A DNA stretch of 64,000 nucleotides from Bdellovibrionota bacterium (GTDB taxonomy: Bacteria; Bdellovibrionota_C; UBA2361; OMII01): assembly GCA_044356215.1 (NCBI GenBank), contig JBIKWQ010000006.1:1-64000 (forward strand), read 5' to 3'. This document shows, piece after piece, positions 1 to 9,559 of the stretch. Under the pieces are notes generated by a model that was not told the origin of the DNA, ran no database searches, and worked only from the letters and a program-made list of their open reading frames with translations. Made by a program: the position numbers and the translations under genes. The first letter of the stretch is position 1. Each line of letters opens with the position of its first letter.

Positions 1-99
1 TTGTGGCTCGCCTCATTCTTCTTATACGCACCTTCCCACCAAAACAAAATCTACATAATTTGCGAATCTGATATCTGCTACTTTAACCAAGCAAACCTG

Positions 100-215
100 T
101 CGTGCACGTAAACGAGAGACGTACCGGAACTCAGGGTCTGATAGTAACCGAACTAAGATGGCAGAAATGGCAAATCGGGTACGTTTACGAGCAAGTGCAA
201 GTGCACGAGCACGTG
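100..215. repeat. GTGCAC-rich intergenic palindromic repeat
   Basis: tcgtgcacgtaaacg (100-114) faces cgtttacgagcaagtgcaagtgcacga; the same 15-mer recurs at 40739-40753. Confidence 0.6.
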
Positions 216-255
216 GGAATGGCCATGTAGAGCTTATTAGGGATTGACCCTCCCC

Positions 256-1221
256 CTATCCCCCAAACAACCTCATCCCAATCCCACGAGAACTCTGAAT
301 CACCCCGGGCAACTGATGGGTTTTTCCCTCTCTGATAAGCGCTCGAACCGCGGGGGTCGCTATCAGGATCTCAGCGTCTGGTTTTAAGACTCGCTCCGCG
401 CCTAATATCAGTCGCTGACTCACCACTACCTCAAGACAATCCGCCAAACTCGACCGCGTCTGAGATCTCGCTTCAGAGGGAAACGCGTTCACAAATCGCT
501 CCACACTGCTGGTCGCTCCAGAGGCGTGCAATGTAGCTAAGATAAGGTGCCCTGTCTCAGCCGCCGTTAATGCGAGTTGAATAGTCTCAAGATCTCTTAG
601 CTCACCAACTAATATTACATCCGGATCCTCGCGAAGCGCCGATCTAAGAGCCGCGCCGAAGGATCGCGTGTGAACTCCAACCTCACGGTGCCTCACAAGA
701 GATCTGATTGAACTATGCTGATACTCAATCGGATCCTCAATAGTAATTATCTGACATGCTCGCTCTCTATTTATCTGGTTTATGATCGCCGCTAAGGTAG
801 TCGATTTCCCCGAACCTGTTGGTCCTGTCACTAGGACTAGCCCCTGCTCGATTGCCGCTATCTGAGAAACAAAACTAGGAAGACCCAGCGACTCAAGACT
901 CGGGATCTCTCGTGGAATGATTCGGATCGCCGCGGCGATGCCACACGAACTTTGATAGACGTGAACGCGGAATCTTCCTAAATTACCTAGCGCGATAGCG
1001 CAATCAAACTCGTCCACGCTTGCCAGGGGAGTTTTGAGCGTCTGCGATAAAAGTTTTTCAAGCTCTTCTATTAGCTCAGTGTTGTTTAGAACGGGCCTAT
1101 CCCTCAGCACTCGGACAGCTCCAGATATCCGCAAAGCTGGAAACTCCCCTGCGCAACAGTGAAGATCAGATGCCCCAACTACCACTGCTTCTTGTAATAG
1201 ATTAATTAGCCCCACAAACAC
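256..1221 (-). CDS. pilT: Type IV pilus retraction ATPase PilT/PilU family
   Basis: GASDLH, Walker A GPTGSGKST, TIEDPIE, LREDPDVILVGELRD, AETGHL, AVRALIRE (AIRNLIRE-like). Confidence 0.93.
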   Translation of the reverse strand: MFVGLINLLQEAVVVGASDLHCCAGEFPALRISGAVRVLRDRPVLNNTELIEELEKLLSQTLKTPLASVDEFDCAIALGNLGRFRVHVYQSSCGIAAAIRIIPREIPSLESLGLPSFVSQIAAIEQGLVLVTGPTGSGKSTTLAAIINQINRERACQIITIEDPIEYQHSSIRSLVRHREVGVHTRSFGAALRSALREDPDVILVGELRDLETIQLALTAAETGHLILATLHASGATSSVERFVNAFPSEARSQTRSSLADCLEVVVSQRLILGAERVLKPDAEILIATPAVRALIREGKTHQLPGVIQSSRGIGMRLFGG

Positions 1222-1300
1222 CCCGTTTTTAAATCACTGTGCTTTACCTCTAAACCTGCTCATCGTAGGATTAGAGGTCGCTTATTTTCGCAGTAATTCA

Positions 1301-4300
1301 ATGCCAGAGACACAAGACAACTTTACATCTCCAGAGGCCCCCGCTTCGCCTGGGCCCGTAAAGGTGATCGGCGTTCCCGGCTCCGCGGCGCCCTACTTTA
1401 TCTCCAAGCTGTTACGCGAAAACCCCAAAGCTCTTATCGTGGCTCCATCCAGAAAAGTTGCTGAGGATGTCTTTGATGACTTAAAGTTCTTCCTCGGAGG
1501 CGATCAACTAACATTTCTGCCGGGTTGGGATACACTCCCACTTGAAACTGTCTCACCCGGAGTGGAGACATCAGCGGCCAGACTCATGGCTGTCAATTCA
1601 CTCTGCTACGCTTCAAACGCAGTGGTGGTTATGGCGGCTGAAACGCTCTTGCAACGGCTAATTCCACCGGGGGACATCAGAGCTCTTAGCATTACTTTAA
1701 AGATTGGCGACTCCGTTGACCGGATGGCTCTCGTTTCTCAACTATTAGATGCTGGATTCTCAAACGCTAAAACCGTCGAGGAGATCGGTGAGATGGCGAT
1801 TAAGGGCGCTGTTATCGATCTCTTCCCAAGCATCTTAAAACATCCAATCCGTATTGAACTTAGCGACTCCTGCATCACCAGGATGACCACATTTGATCCA
1901 GAGTCGCAGAGAAGCATCGCGGATCTCAAGACTATTGAGATCCTTCCTGTTCGCGAGCTATCGCTATCACTATCTGAGCGCTACTCCCCAGCAACGATTA
2001 TTGAAAGGATACGCGAACGCGCTAAGAGCACCGGCACTCATCCACGCGAGGTAGATAAGGTGATTGCTGCGATTGAACGCCGCGAGCACCACCCTGGGAT
2101 CGAGCTTATTCAATTCATAGCAGACCCTAATTTGCCGGGGATTCTTGACCTAATCCCGAAGGATACCCTTGTATGTGTGATCGATACCTATCAGTGCCAA
2201 CGCTCGATCGATGATTATTACTTATCAGCAAAAGAGCGCGCGGAGAGACTATTTCACGATCAACACCTAATACCTCTTGCTGATGAGATCTATCTGGAAG
2301 CTGATTCAACGGTACGTGAGCTAAATCGTCGGGCTACACACGAGATCTCGGCGGTAGCTGGCGTTGAATCGCGGGGCCAGGTCGTTAATCTTAGAGCTGA
2401 GAGCACTATCGATCTAGCGACTCAGATGCGCACGCAAGTAGGTAGCGGCTCAGCGTTCGCCCCGCTAAAGTCTTATCTTAATCAGTGGCGAAGAAAACAT
2501 TACACGATCGGATTGAGCGTTGGGTCTGCTTCTCGCGCCCAGCGGCTACAATCCCTGTTGCTTGAGATCGGCACAGACGCGCCGATAATTACGGCATCAG
2601 CGATGGCATGGCTTGAATCAGCCAGGAGAACCGGAGTGGCTATCTTAGTTGGCCACATATCTTCTGGATTCCGCGTGCCCGATGATCAGATAAGCTTTTT
2701 AGCTGAGAACGAGATCTTTGGAGAGCGTTCTTATCGCTCTGGAAGAGCGCCAAAAGTTAGCGTTAAAAGAATCTTAAGCGCTCTGGCGCTACTAAAAGAG
2801 GGCGATTACCTAGTTCATATCGACTACGGCGTTGGAGTATACCGCGGATTAAAGCATCTAACGGTTGATGGAGTCTTAGGCGATTTCCTTCATATTGAAT
2901 ACGCTGATAGTACGCTCTATTTACCAGCGCCGCAGATCGGAAAGATCCAGAAGTTTGTTGGAACAGAGGGGCAAAGCCCAACTGTAGATAAGTTAAGTTC
3001 AACTCGTTGGGCGCGCGCGAAACAGAAGGTTCGCGACTCTATCGTAACATTAGCTGGAGATCTGATTAGACTCTATGCATCACGCTCAGTCAGCAAGGGG
3101 TGGAGGTTTGAGCCGTGGGGAGCGGAGGACGAGAGATTCGCTGACGCGTTCGCCTACGATGAAACTCCGGACCAACGCAAAGCGATCGAGGAAACGATTA
3201 AGGATATGTCGACTGATAAGCCGATGGACCGCCTTGTGTGTGGAGATGTAGGCTTTGGTAAAACCGAGGTAGCCATAAGGGCGGCCTTCAAATGTGCCCA
3301 ACACGCTAGGCAGGTAGCCATGCTTGTTCCGACTACGATATTAGTCGAGCAACACAAGAAGAATTTCGAGGAGCGTTTCGCGGGATGTCCCTTTAGAGTT
3401 GGCGCGATCAGTCGCTTTTATTCAAACGAGGATAATAATAAGACCGTCGAGGCTCTTGCTAGCGGTGATATCGATGTCGTCATCGGCACGCATCGCCTTC
3501 TGCAACACGATATCGTCTTTAAAGACTTAGGGCTTTTGATCATCGATGAGGAGCACCGTTTCGGAGTAAAGCAGAAGGAGCGTTTGAGATCGTACCGAAA
3601 TAATGTTGATGTACTTACACTCACAGCAACGCCGATCCCGAGAACTCTTCACATGTCGCTTCTAAATATTCGGGATATCAGCTTGATTCAGACCGCACCG
3701 ATGGACCGAAGAGTTGTGCAAACCTATGTAGCAGAGCGTGATGATGCCCTCGTAAGAGACGCGATCATGCGGGAACTCAGGCGCGGTGGCCAGGCTTTTT
3801 ATATCCACAACAGAGTTCAGAATATAGCTGTTGTAGCGGCGCACCTTGCTGAGTTGGTTCCCGAAGCTCGCTTTGAATACGCTCATGGTCAGATGGCTGA
3901 GGCAACTTTAGAGCGGATTATGAAGCGCTTTGTTGATAAGGAGATCGATGTCCTGATATCAACAACGATTATCGAATCCGGGCTTGATGTGCCAAACGCT
4001 AATACCATTATCGTTGACCGAGCTGATCAGTTCGGGCTAGCGCAGCTCTACCAGCTAAGAGGTCGTGTCGGTCGCGGAAAGCGTCAGGCCTACGCTTATC
4101 TGATCGTTCCCCACCTAAGATCTCTTACCGGGGATGCTCACGAGCGATTAAAGGTCTTGCAGTCTCTGGACACACTGGGTGCTGGTTTTAATTTAGCAGT
4201 GCGCGATCTTGAGATCCGCGGCGCGGGGAACCTCTTAGGGAAAGAGCAATCAGGAAGTGTATTGTCAGTTGGATTTGACATGTATTGCCGAATCCTTCAA

Positions 4301-4840
4301 GAAGCGGTGGCTGTTCTGCGTGGCGACGAGCCTCTACTTGAGGATACAATTGACCCTGATGTGCGAGTTATCGGAGTCGATGCGTTTATCCCTGAGACAT
4401 ATGTACCTGACATCGGTGAGCGCTTAGTTCTCTATCAGCGGCTCTCTAACATTAGGTCGGATGAGGAAGCGGATGACATACGGGTAGAGTTAGAGGATCG
4501 TTTTGGGCCATTCTCTGAGGAGGTCGAGAGCCTCCTGTTGATTATGCGTTATCGCAGTCTTTTGCGGCGCCACGGCATCGTGAAAGCTGACATAACGCCG
4601 CTGAAAGCTAGTTTAAGCTTCACGCCGATAGCGCTACTTCGTGACGGCCACAAGCCGAATCACAACACGCGGGTTGATGGATTGCTGGCTCTAGATCTGG
4701 TTCGCAAAGATCCACGTCGTTATCAGTTCGGCAAAAGCAATACACTGACGATAATTTTTGACAGCAAGAAAGAAAGAACCCTTGGGGATGTGTTTCAGAT
4801 TACGCAGGATACCTTGGAGAGGATCAGGTATCGGGAGTGA
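1301..4840 (+). CDS. mfd: Transcription-repair coupling factor Mfd
   Basis: UvrB-like N-terminus, CarD/RID VHIDYGVG, GDVGFGKTEVA, DEEHRFG, TATPIPRT, QLRGRVGR, TRCF C-terminal domain. Confidence 0.97.
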   Translation: MPETQDNFTSPEAPASPGPVKVIGVPGSAAPYFISKLLRENPKALIVAPSRKVAEDVFDDLKFFLGGDQLTFLPGWDTLPLETVSPGVETSAARLMAVNSLCYASNAVVVMAAETLLQRLIPPGDIRALSITLKIGDSVDRMALVSQLLDAGFSNAKTVEEIGEMAIKGAVIDLFPSILKHPIRIELSDSCITRMTTFDPESQRSIADLKTIEILPVRELSLSLSERYSPATIIERIRERAKSTGTHPREVDKVIAAIERREHHPGIELIQFIADPNLPGILDLIPKDTLVCVIDTYQCQRSIDDYYLSAKERAERLFHDQHLIPLADEIYLEADSTVRELNRRATHEISAVAGVESRGQVVNLRAESTIDLATQMRTQVGSGSAFAPLKSYLNQWRRKHYTIGLSVGSASRAQRLQSLLLEIGTDAPIITASAMAWLESARRTGVAILVGHISSGFRVPDDQISFLAENEIFGERSYRSGRAPKVSVKRILSALALLKEGDYLVHIDYGVGVYRGLKHLTVDGVLGDFLHIEYADSTLYLPAPQIGKIQKFVGTEGQSPTVDKLSSTRWARAKQKVRDSIVTLAGDLIRLYASRSVSKGWRFEPWGAEDERFADAFAYDETPDQRKAIEETIKDMSTDKPMDRLVCGDVGFGKTEVAIRAAFKCAQHARQVAMLVPTTILVEQHKKNFEERFAGCPFRVGAISRFYSNEDNNKTVEALASGDIDVVIGTHRLLQHDIVFKDLGLLIIDEEHRFGVKQKERLRSYRNNVDVLTLTATPIPRTLHMSLLNIRDISLIQTAPMDRRVVQTYVAERDDALVRDAIMRELRRGGQAFYIHNRVQNIAVVAAHLAELVPEARFEYAHGQMAEATLERIMKRFVDKEIDVLISTTIIESGLDVPNANTIIVDRADQFGLAQLYQLRGRVGRGKRQAYAYLIVPHLRSLTGDAHERLKVLQSLDTLGAGFNLAVRDLEIRGAGNLLGKEQSGSVLSVGFDMYCRILQEAVAVLRGDEPLLEDTIDPDVRVIGVDAFIPETYVPDIGERLVLYQRLSNIRSDEEADDIRVELEDRFGPFSEEVESLLLIMRYRSLLRRHGIVKADITPLKASLSFTPIALLRDGHKPNHNTRVDGLLALDLVRKDPRRYQFGKSNTLTIIFDSKKERTLGDVFQITQDTLERIRYRE

Positions 4841-4880
4841 TAGGGGGATTTCAGCATGGGGACGAGTTGGTGGACCTGCA

Positions 4881-5050
4881 CCTCTGTGCTCTCTTTGTTA
4901 AAAAAAGAGCGGTTATTAATATTTTTCAACAAAGAGGCCAGCGAGGACGGACAGAGGGGGAAAGGCACCAGACCCTCCCCTCTCGTTTCCCTCGCCGTTC
5001 TCTTTGTTTAAAAAAGGGCTGTTTTAGATGTTTTCAACACAGAGAACAGC
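4881..5050. repeat. Composite intergenic palindrome with duplicated ~47-bp unit
   Basis: ctctttgtt-aaaaaa...ttttcaaca.agag occurs twice (~4891 and ~5000), joined by an inverted gcgagg..agagggg / cccctctc..cctcgc spacer; lies between convergent genes. Confidence 0.6.
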
Positions 5051-5097
5051 CAGATCGCAAAATGGGAGTCGCGGCGCTCCTTCAGTCATTATCACCT

Positions 5098-6069
5098 TTA
5101 AAATCCAGTCATCACCGAAGCAAAGATCTGATAATCACTCGCTATCTGCGTCCCCTCGACGTTCTGGTACAGCGGCAGATTGACTCCGAAAGTAGCAACG
5201 GCTCTCTTTTGAAAATTCGCCATGACCTGCGGTCCCATTGTAAAAGCGGTCTGACCGGAATTAGCTACTTTATCCCCGCTAAATTGCGACTCTCCATCGT
5301 AACGAAAGGCCGAATCTACCAACACCGAAAACTCGTTCCCTCTGGCATACGAGAATATGTATCCAGGCATTATATGCAGCGTCGCGGTGTCCCCACGCCT
5401 GTAATCATTTGTTCCCGTAGTCCGGCCGATAAACTGCCCGTCGATCACGCCAATTATATCATCGTAACGGGCTACATAACTTGAGCCGATGATCCAATCC
5501 ACTGATCCGCTTCCCGTTGCCCGGTCCTCTGGATACAAGGCGCTTGTCGGATAAACAGGCCCGCCAGGGATAGGCTGAGGTACTCCATCGGGGTAATTTT
5601 TTAATTGCGACGAGTCTCCTGTTGGCAGAATCGTACCGGCGCGAACACGCCAATCAACTAAGCGTCTCTCCGCGACTCCGTGATAGACTCGTTGGTTAAC
5701 CACCAGGCTCATATCACCGAAGCTTGACTCACGACCACTATCGTATGTGTAATTCGGGCGTGCTGTATACGCTTGCGATACAAAGGGCAGATATATATCT
5801 AGATTAGTATCCTCTAATAGGTTCTGTGAGTAGTAGAGGTTTGCCACAGTAGTAGCCACCTTCTCATCGGCCGCGTTAGGCGTGTCTGAGCTACCTGTCA
5901 GCATCGTGTGGCGATAATCGTAATCGAACTGCAATCCGATGTGATTCGATACCTGATCAAGCATGGCGCTTTGCAGATAGTTATTAGCCACACACTTATC
6001 GCAATCCTGCGCTGTGGTGACGCCGCTAAGCCCTAGAGAAGCTAAGAGAAGAATCGATAAAAAACGCAT
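5098..6069 (-). CDS. Secreted/outer-membrane beta-barrel-like 'transporter' family protein
   Basis: Signal peptide, N-terminal CxxC, FGDMSL, LPTGD, GSGSVD motifs, amphipathic strands, C-terminal Phe. Confidence 0.6.
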   Translation of the reverse strand: MRFLSILLLASLGLSGVTTAQDCDKCVANNYLQSAMLDQVSNHIGLQFDYDYRHTMLTGSSDTPNAADEKVATTVANLYYSQNLLEDTNLDIYLPFVSQAYTARPNYTYDSGRESSFGDMSLVVNQRVYHGVAERRLVDWRVRAGTILPTGDSSQLKNYPDGVPQPIPGGPVYPTSALYPEDRATGSGSVDWIIGSSYVARYDDIIGVIDGQFIGRTTGTNDYRRGDTATLHIMPGYIFSYARGNEFSVLVDSAFRYDGESQFSGDKVANSGQTAFTMGPQVMANFQKRAVATFGVNLPLYQNVEGTQIASDYQIFASVMTGF

Positions 6070-6116
6070 ATTAAATACTCCAACCTGTAGACCAGGGAAG
6101 CGAGGTAATCCCGTCC

Positions 6117-6971
6117 CTACTTAACAGCGGCGTCTCGCGCCACTGAAAATATGAAATCAGAAACCACCTTGCTTTGAGTGTTTGTGTAGAGAGTCTTATC
6201 TCCCTTTTTGCAGATCTCATCCTTGCTGATGCTCGGATCACTTTGCGACACCACCCCTACTATTACAAGACCCCCATCCTGCTCGACAAAAAGCGCTCCT
6301 CCGGAATCCCCCTTACACGGATGGCTTTCATCACCGCGATAGTTAATCCCGATGTGACTATCGGTAACTGTTCTTATGATGGCACGACCAGCGACTACAT
6401 CACTCACTGCCGGCCCTCCGTTCTCAGTCTGCCCGTATCCGGCCACAACAGCCTCCTCATCAACCGTTGGAGGTCTGGATAGAAGTATAGGAAGCGGTGG
6501 GGCTGGGATCCTAGCTGAGGTACGCACTACCGCGGCGTCGTTGATAAAAAGCGATTGACCACTATTTGAGAAATCTGGATGGGTAAATATACTAGTAGCT
6601 ACGGTTTCAACCTTTTCACCGTTAACGACCGCTCCAACCACAACTCTAACGGGCCCACCAACCGCGAAACAGTGCGCCGCGGTCAGCACCGCTGTTGGGG
6701 ATATAACAGTGCCGGTACAAGTAAAGCTAAGACCAGTGATCGATGTGATACTTAATTTAACAACCGATGAAGTATCCCCACGGCTGTCCGGTAAGCATTG
6801 CTCCCCGTTGGCTACCTTTGCGCTTACTGAAAATCCGATCTCAGAGCAAGCGGAGCCAGCGCTCAAATCAGAGCCATCACCACCGCTATCTTTTTGGCAC
6901 CCAGATAGAACAAATCCAAGAACGGCGCCTAAAGCCGCCGACACTAGAAAAGAACGTCTAAACCTCATCAA
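6117..6971 (-). CDS. Trypsin-like (S1) serine protease lipoprotein
   Basis: Lipobox LSGC; CTGTVI, LTAAHC, NDAAV, CKGDSGG catalytic motifs. Confidence 0.9.
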   Translation of the reverse strand: MMRFRRSFLVSAALGAVLGFVLSGCQKDSGGDGSDLSAGSACSEIGFSVSAKVANGEQCLPDSRGDTSSVVKLSITSITGLSFTCTGTVISPTAVLTAAHCFAVGGPVRVVVGAVVNGEKVETVATSIFTHPDFSNSGQSLFINDAAVVRTSARIPAPPLPILLSRPPTVDEEAVVAGYGQTENGGPAVSDVVAGRAIIRTVTDSHIGINYRGDESHPCKGDSGGALFVEQDGGLVIVGVVSQSDPSISKDEICKKGDKTLYTNTQSKVVSDFIFSVARDAAVK

Positions 6972-7122
6972 CTGCCCCCTACCTCTCGCAATCCCGAAAT
7001 CAAATGATTTACGGCTAGTTCATACCACTGAAATAGGTGCCGAGGTACTGATAAAATAGCCACAAGGTGTTTTACAATCCCTGGCCTATATCAGCAATCC
7101 GAGCTAGACTGGTCGCCTAGAT

Positions 7123-8124
7123 ATGCCGATTTTAATCAGAAAAATCCCGCTAATTGTCGCCGCGACTATCGCCTTAAACTCACAGGCCGCAGCCGCACCA
7201 GCGAAAGCCCCGGCGGGAACAAGTGCGGAGATCTTAATCGACGCGGTAATCGCCTCTGTAGACGAGAAGCCGATAACTTTAAATGAGGTTCGCGAACGTC
7301 TGCCAACACCTAGAAAAATTACACTTAGCGAGCTAGCTACTGATCGGGAAGCCCAGGAGGCACTTGAGGCTATTATCGGAGAGCGCGTTCTAGAGGCAGA
7401 GGCCTCGACTAAACGCGTATCTGTTGATGACGCTGAGATCGAGGATTACATTAATGAGGTCGCGGCGAGAAACTCCTTAAGCCGTCCGGATTTTGAGGCC
7501 GTCCTGAAGCGTGAGGGAAAGAGTATTAACTGGTACAGACGCCAGGTGAAAAATGAGATCACAAAAACAAAGCTAGCGTCATCGATCGCAAAAGGCGGAA
7601 TCAGTGTCTCAGATCAGGAGATAGATGATTATTTGAGCGCCAGTACAAGTCTTACTAGCGATGAAGCTTCGCTTAAGTTAAGGGTGATTACAGTATCCAA
7701 AGCCGGAAGAACTCAGGATGATCTCGACGCGCGCGTTAAGTCGATCCGAGCGGCGCTTGAGCTAGGACGAAGCTTTGAATCTGTCGCTAAGGATTTCTCG
7801 GATGACCCAAATAAGGAAGAGGGAGGGCTGCTCGGCACAGTCGCGGAGAAGGACCTAAGCGGCCACATATCAGAGGCGGTCGCGTCGGTTGAGGCTGGAA
7901 AATACAGCGAACCTGTAGTAACAGATAGCGGAGTTCAATTGTTTTTCGTCGAGCAACGCTTCGCCGCTAAAAGCGATGACGATGATGACGACAGCGAGGA
8001 GCGCCAGAAAGCTCGCCGTGAGGAAGCACGTAAGGTTATTCAGGATCGCAAGACCAAGGAGAAACTCTCGTCTTATTTCGGCTCAGAGATCCAGAAGAAC
8101 CACACGGTCGATAAAAAGTTTTAA
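7123..8124 (+). CDS. surA: SurA-like periplasmic chaperone/parvulin PPIase
   Basis: Signal peptide, IDAVIASVDEKPITLNEV N-domain, FESVAKDFSDD..GGLLG rotamase motif. Confidence 0.8.
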   Translation: MPILIRKIPLIVAATIALNSQAAAAPAKAPAGTSAEILIDAVIASVDEKPITLNEVRERLPTPRKITLSELATDREAQEALEAIIGERVLEAEASTKRVSVDDAEIEDYINEVAARNSLSRPDFEAVLKREGKSINWYRRQVKNEITKTKLASSIAKGGISVSDQEIDDYLSASTSLTSDEASLKLRVITVSKAGRTQDDLDARVKSIRAALELGRSFESVAKDFSDDPNKEEGGLLGTVAEKDLSGHISEAVASVEAGKYSEPVVTDSGVQLFFVEQRFAAKSDDDDDDSEERQKARREEARKVIQDRKTKEKLSSYFGSEIQKNHTVDKKF

Positions 8125-8143
8125 GAACAAAGGAAGAGATACT

Positions 8144-9517
8144 ATGCAGATCAATCCGGTAATTTTCAGGGAATACGATATCCGCGGTACCGTTGGAACG
8201 GAACTTAACGATGAGTTCGCTCGAATTCTTGGCCGCGCCTACGCGACTCTGGCTAAAGAGCAGGGCCAAAACCGGATCGGAGTAGGACACGACTGCCGCT
8301 TAAGCTCACCCGGATACGCCCAGGCCTTAGCTAACGGGATCGCCGATGAGGGGCTTGATGTCGTCCTAACTGGCATGGGGCCGACACCTCAACTCTACTA
8401 CGCGGTGTTCGCAAATGATCTAGGTGGTGGTATCCAAGTTACGGGAAGCCACAATCCGCCTGATATGAACGGGTTTAAGATCCTTGTTGGAAAGCAGACC
8501 CTCTCTGGGGCCGATATTCAGGACCTAAAAGTTCGGTGTGAAAAGGTTCTAAAGAGCACCCCGTCAGCAAAGCGCGGTACGATATCAGAACTAGAGGTGC
8601 GTCAATCGTACATCGATTCGATCATCAAGAACTGCGAAGGTGAGATCGGGTCACGCAAGCTAAAGGTTGTGGTAGATGCCGGAAACGGAGTTGGTGGACT
8701 AGTTGGTCCAGCGGTACTTAGAGCGCTCGGCGTCGAAGTGATCGAGCTTTTCTGCGATCCAGATGGAAGGTTCCCGAATCACCATCCAGATCCGACTGAA
8801 CTAAAGAATATCAAGGCGTTGATCGCCGCCGTTAAGGAGCACAAAGCTGATTTCGGTATCGGCTGGGATGGCGACGCTGATCGTATCGGTGTCGTTGATG
8901 AGAAAGGCGATCCGGTATTTGGTGATATGCTGCTTCTGATCTACGGCCGCGCGATCCTCTCACAAAAGCCGGGCGCGACGATCATTGGCGATGTTAAGTG
9001 CTCTAGTCAGTTATTTGATGATCTTAAGGCGCGCGGAGCCAACGCTATAATGTGGAAGACAGGACACTCGCTAATTAAGAGCAAACTAAAGGAAACCAGT
9101 GGAGATCTCGCCGGTGAGATGAGTGGTCACATCTTCTTTAAGCACAGATACTTCGGATTCGATGATGCCCTATATTCATCAGCCCGTTTGGTCGAGATTA
9201 TGAGCAAGCACACAGGTCCTTTATCATCGCTTCTAGCGGGACTAAAGCCTATGCTATCAACTCCTGAGATGCGAGTAGACTGCCCAGAGGCGATCAAATT
9301 TAAAGTTGCTAGCGCCGCGCAATCAGCATTCAAAGAGTTTAAAGTTGATACTATCGATGGTGTTCGAGTAACTTTTGATCGGGGCTGGGGACTGGTGCGC
9401 GCATCAAATACCCAACCCGTTCTGGTGATGCGTTTCGAAGCTGAGTCAGAGGAGCTCCTTGAGAGCTATCAGAAGACGGTCGTTGATAGAATCGAGGCTA
9501 TTAAGGCATCCCTATAA
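8144..9517 (+). CDS. Phosphomannomutase/phosphoglucomutase (AlgC-like)
   Basis: IFREYDIRG, TGSHNP, DGDADR, GEMSGH, RASNTQP; start moved to ATG 8144 after aggaag RBS. Confidence 0.95.
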   Translation: MQINPVIFREYDIRGTVGTELNDEFARILGRAYATLAKEQGQNRIGVGHDCRLSSPGYAQALANGIADEGLDVVLTGMGPTPQLYYAVFANDLGGGIQVTGSHNPPDMNGFKILVGKQTLSGADIQDLKVRCEKVLKSTPSAKRGTISELEVRQSYIDSIIKNCEGEIGSRKLKVVVDAGNGVGGLVGPAVLRALGVEVIELFCDPDGRFPNHHPDPTELKNIKALIAAVKEHKADFGIGWDGDADRIGVVDEKGDPVFGDMLLLIYGRAILSQKPGATIIGDVKCSSQLFDDLKARGANAIMWKTGHSLIKSKLKETSGDLAGEMSGHIFFKHRYFGFDDALYSSARLVEIMSKHTGPLSSLLAGLKPMLSTPEMRVDCPEAIKFKVASAAQSAFKEFKVDTIDGVRVTFDRGWGLVRASNTQPVLVMRFEAESEELLESYQKTVVDRIEAIKASL

Positions 9518-9559
9518 ATGGCTGCTTAAGCATAGTGGCCCAAGAGAGCTAGGGGCGTT

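Noticed and set aside
4837..5484. 215-aa plus-strand ORF after mfd
   Set aside because: Reads through a palindromic repeat and antisense to the 5098-6069 gene; no protein-like features
7976..8143. N-terminal extension of the PMM/PGM ORF
   Set aside because: Overlaps surA in another frame; homology and RBS support ATG 8144
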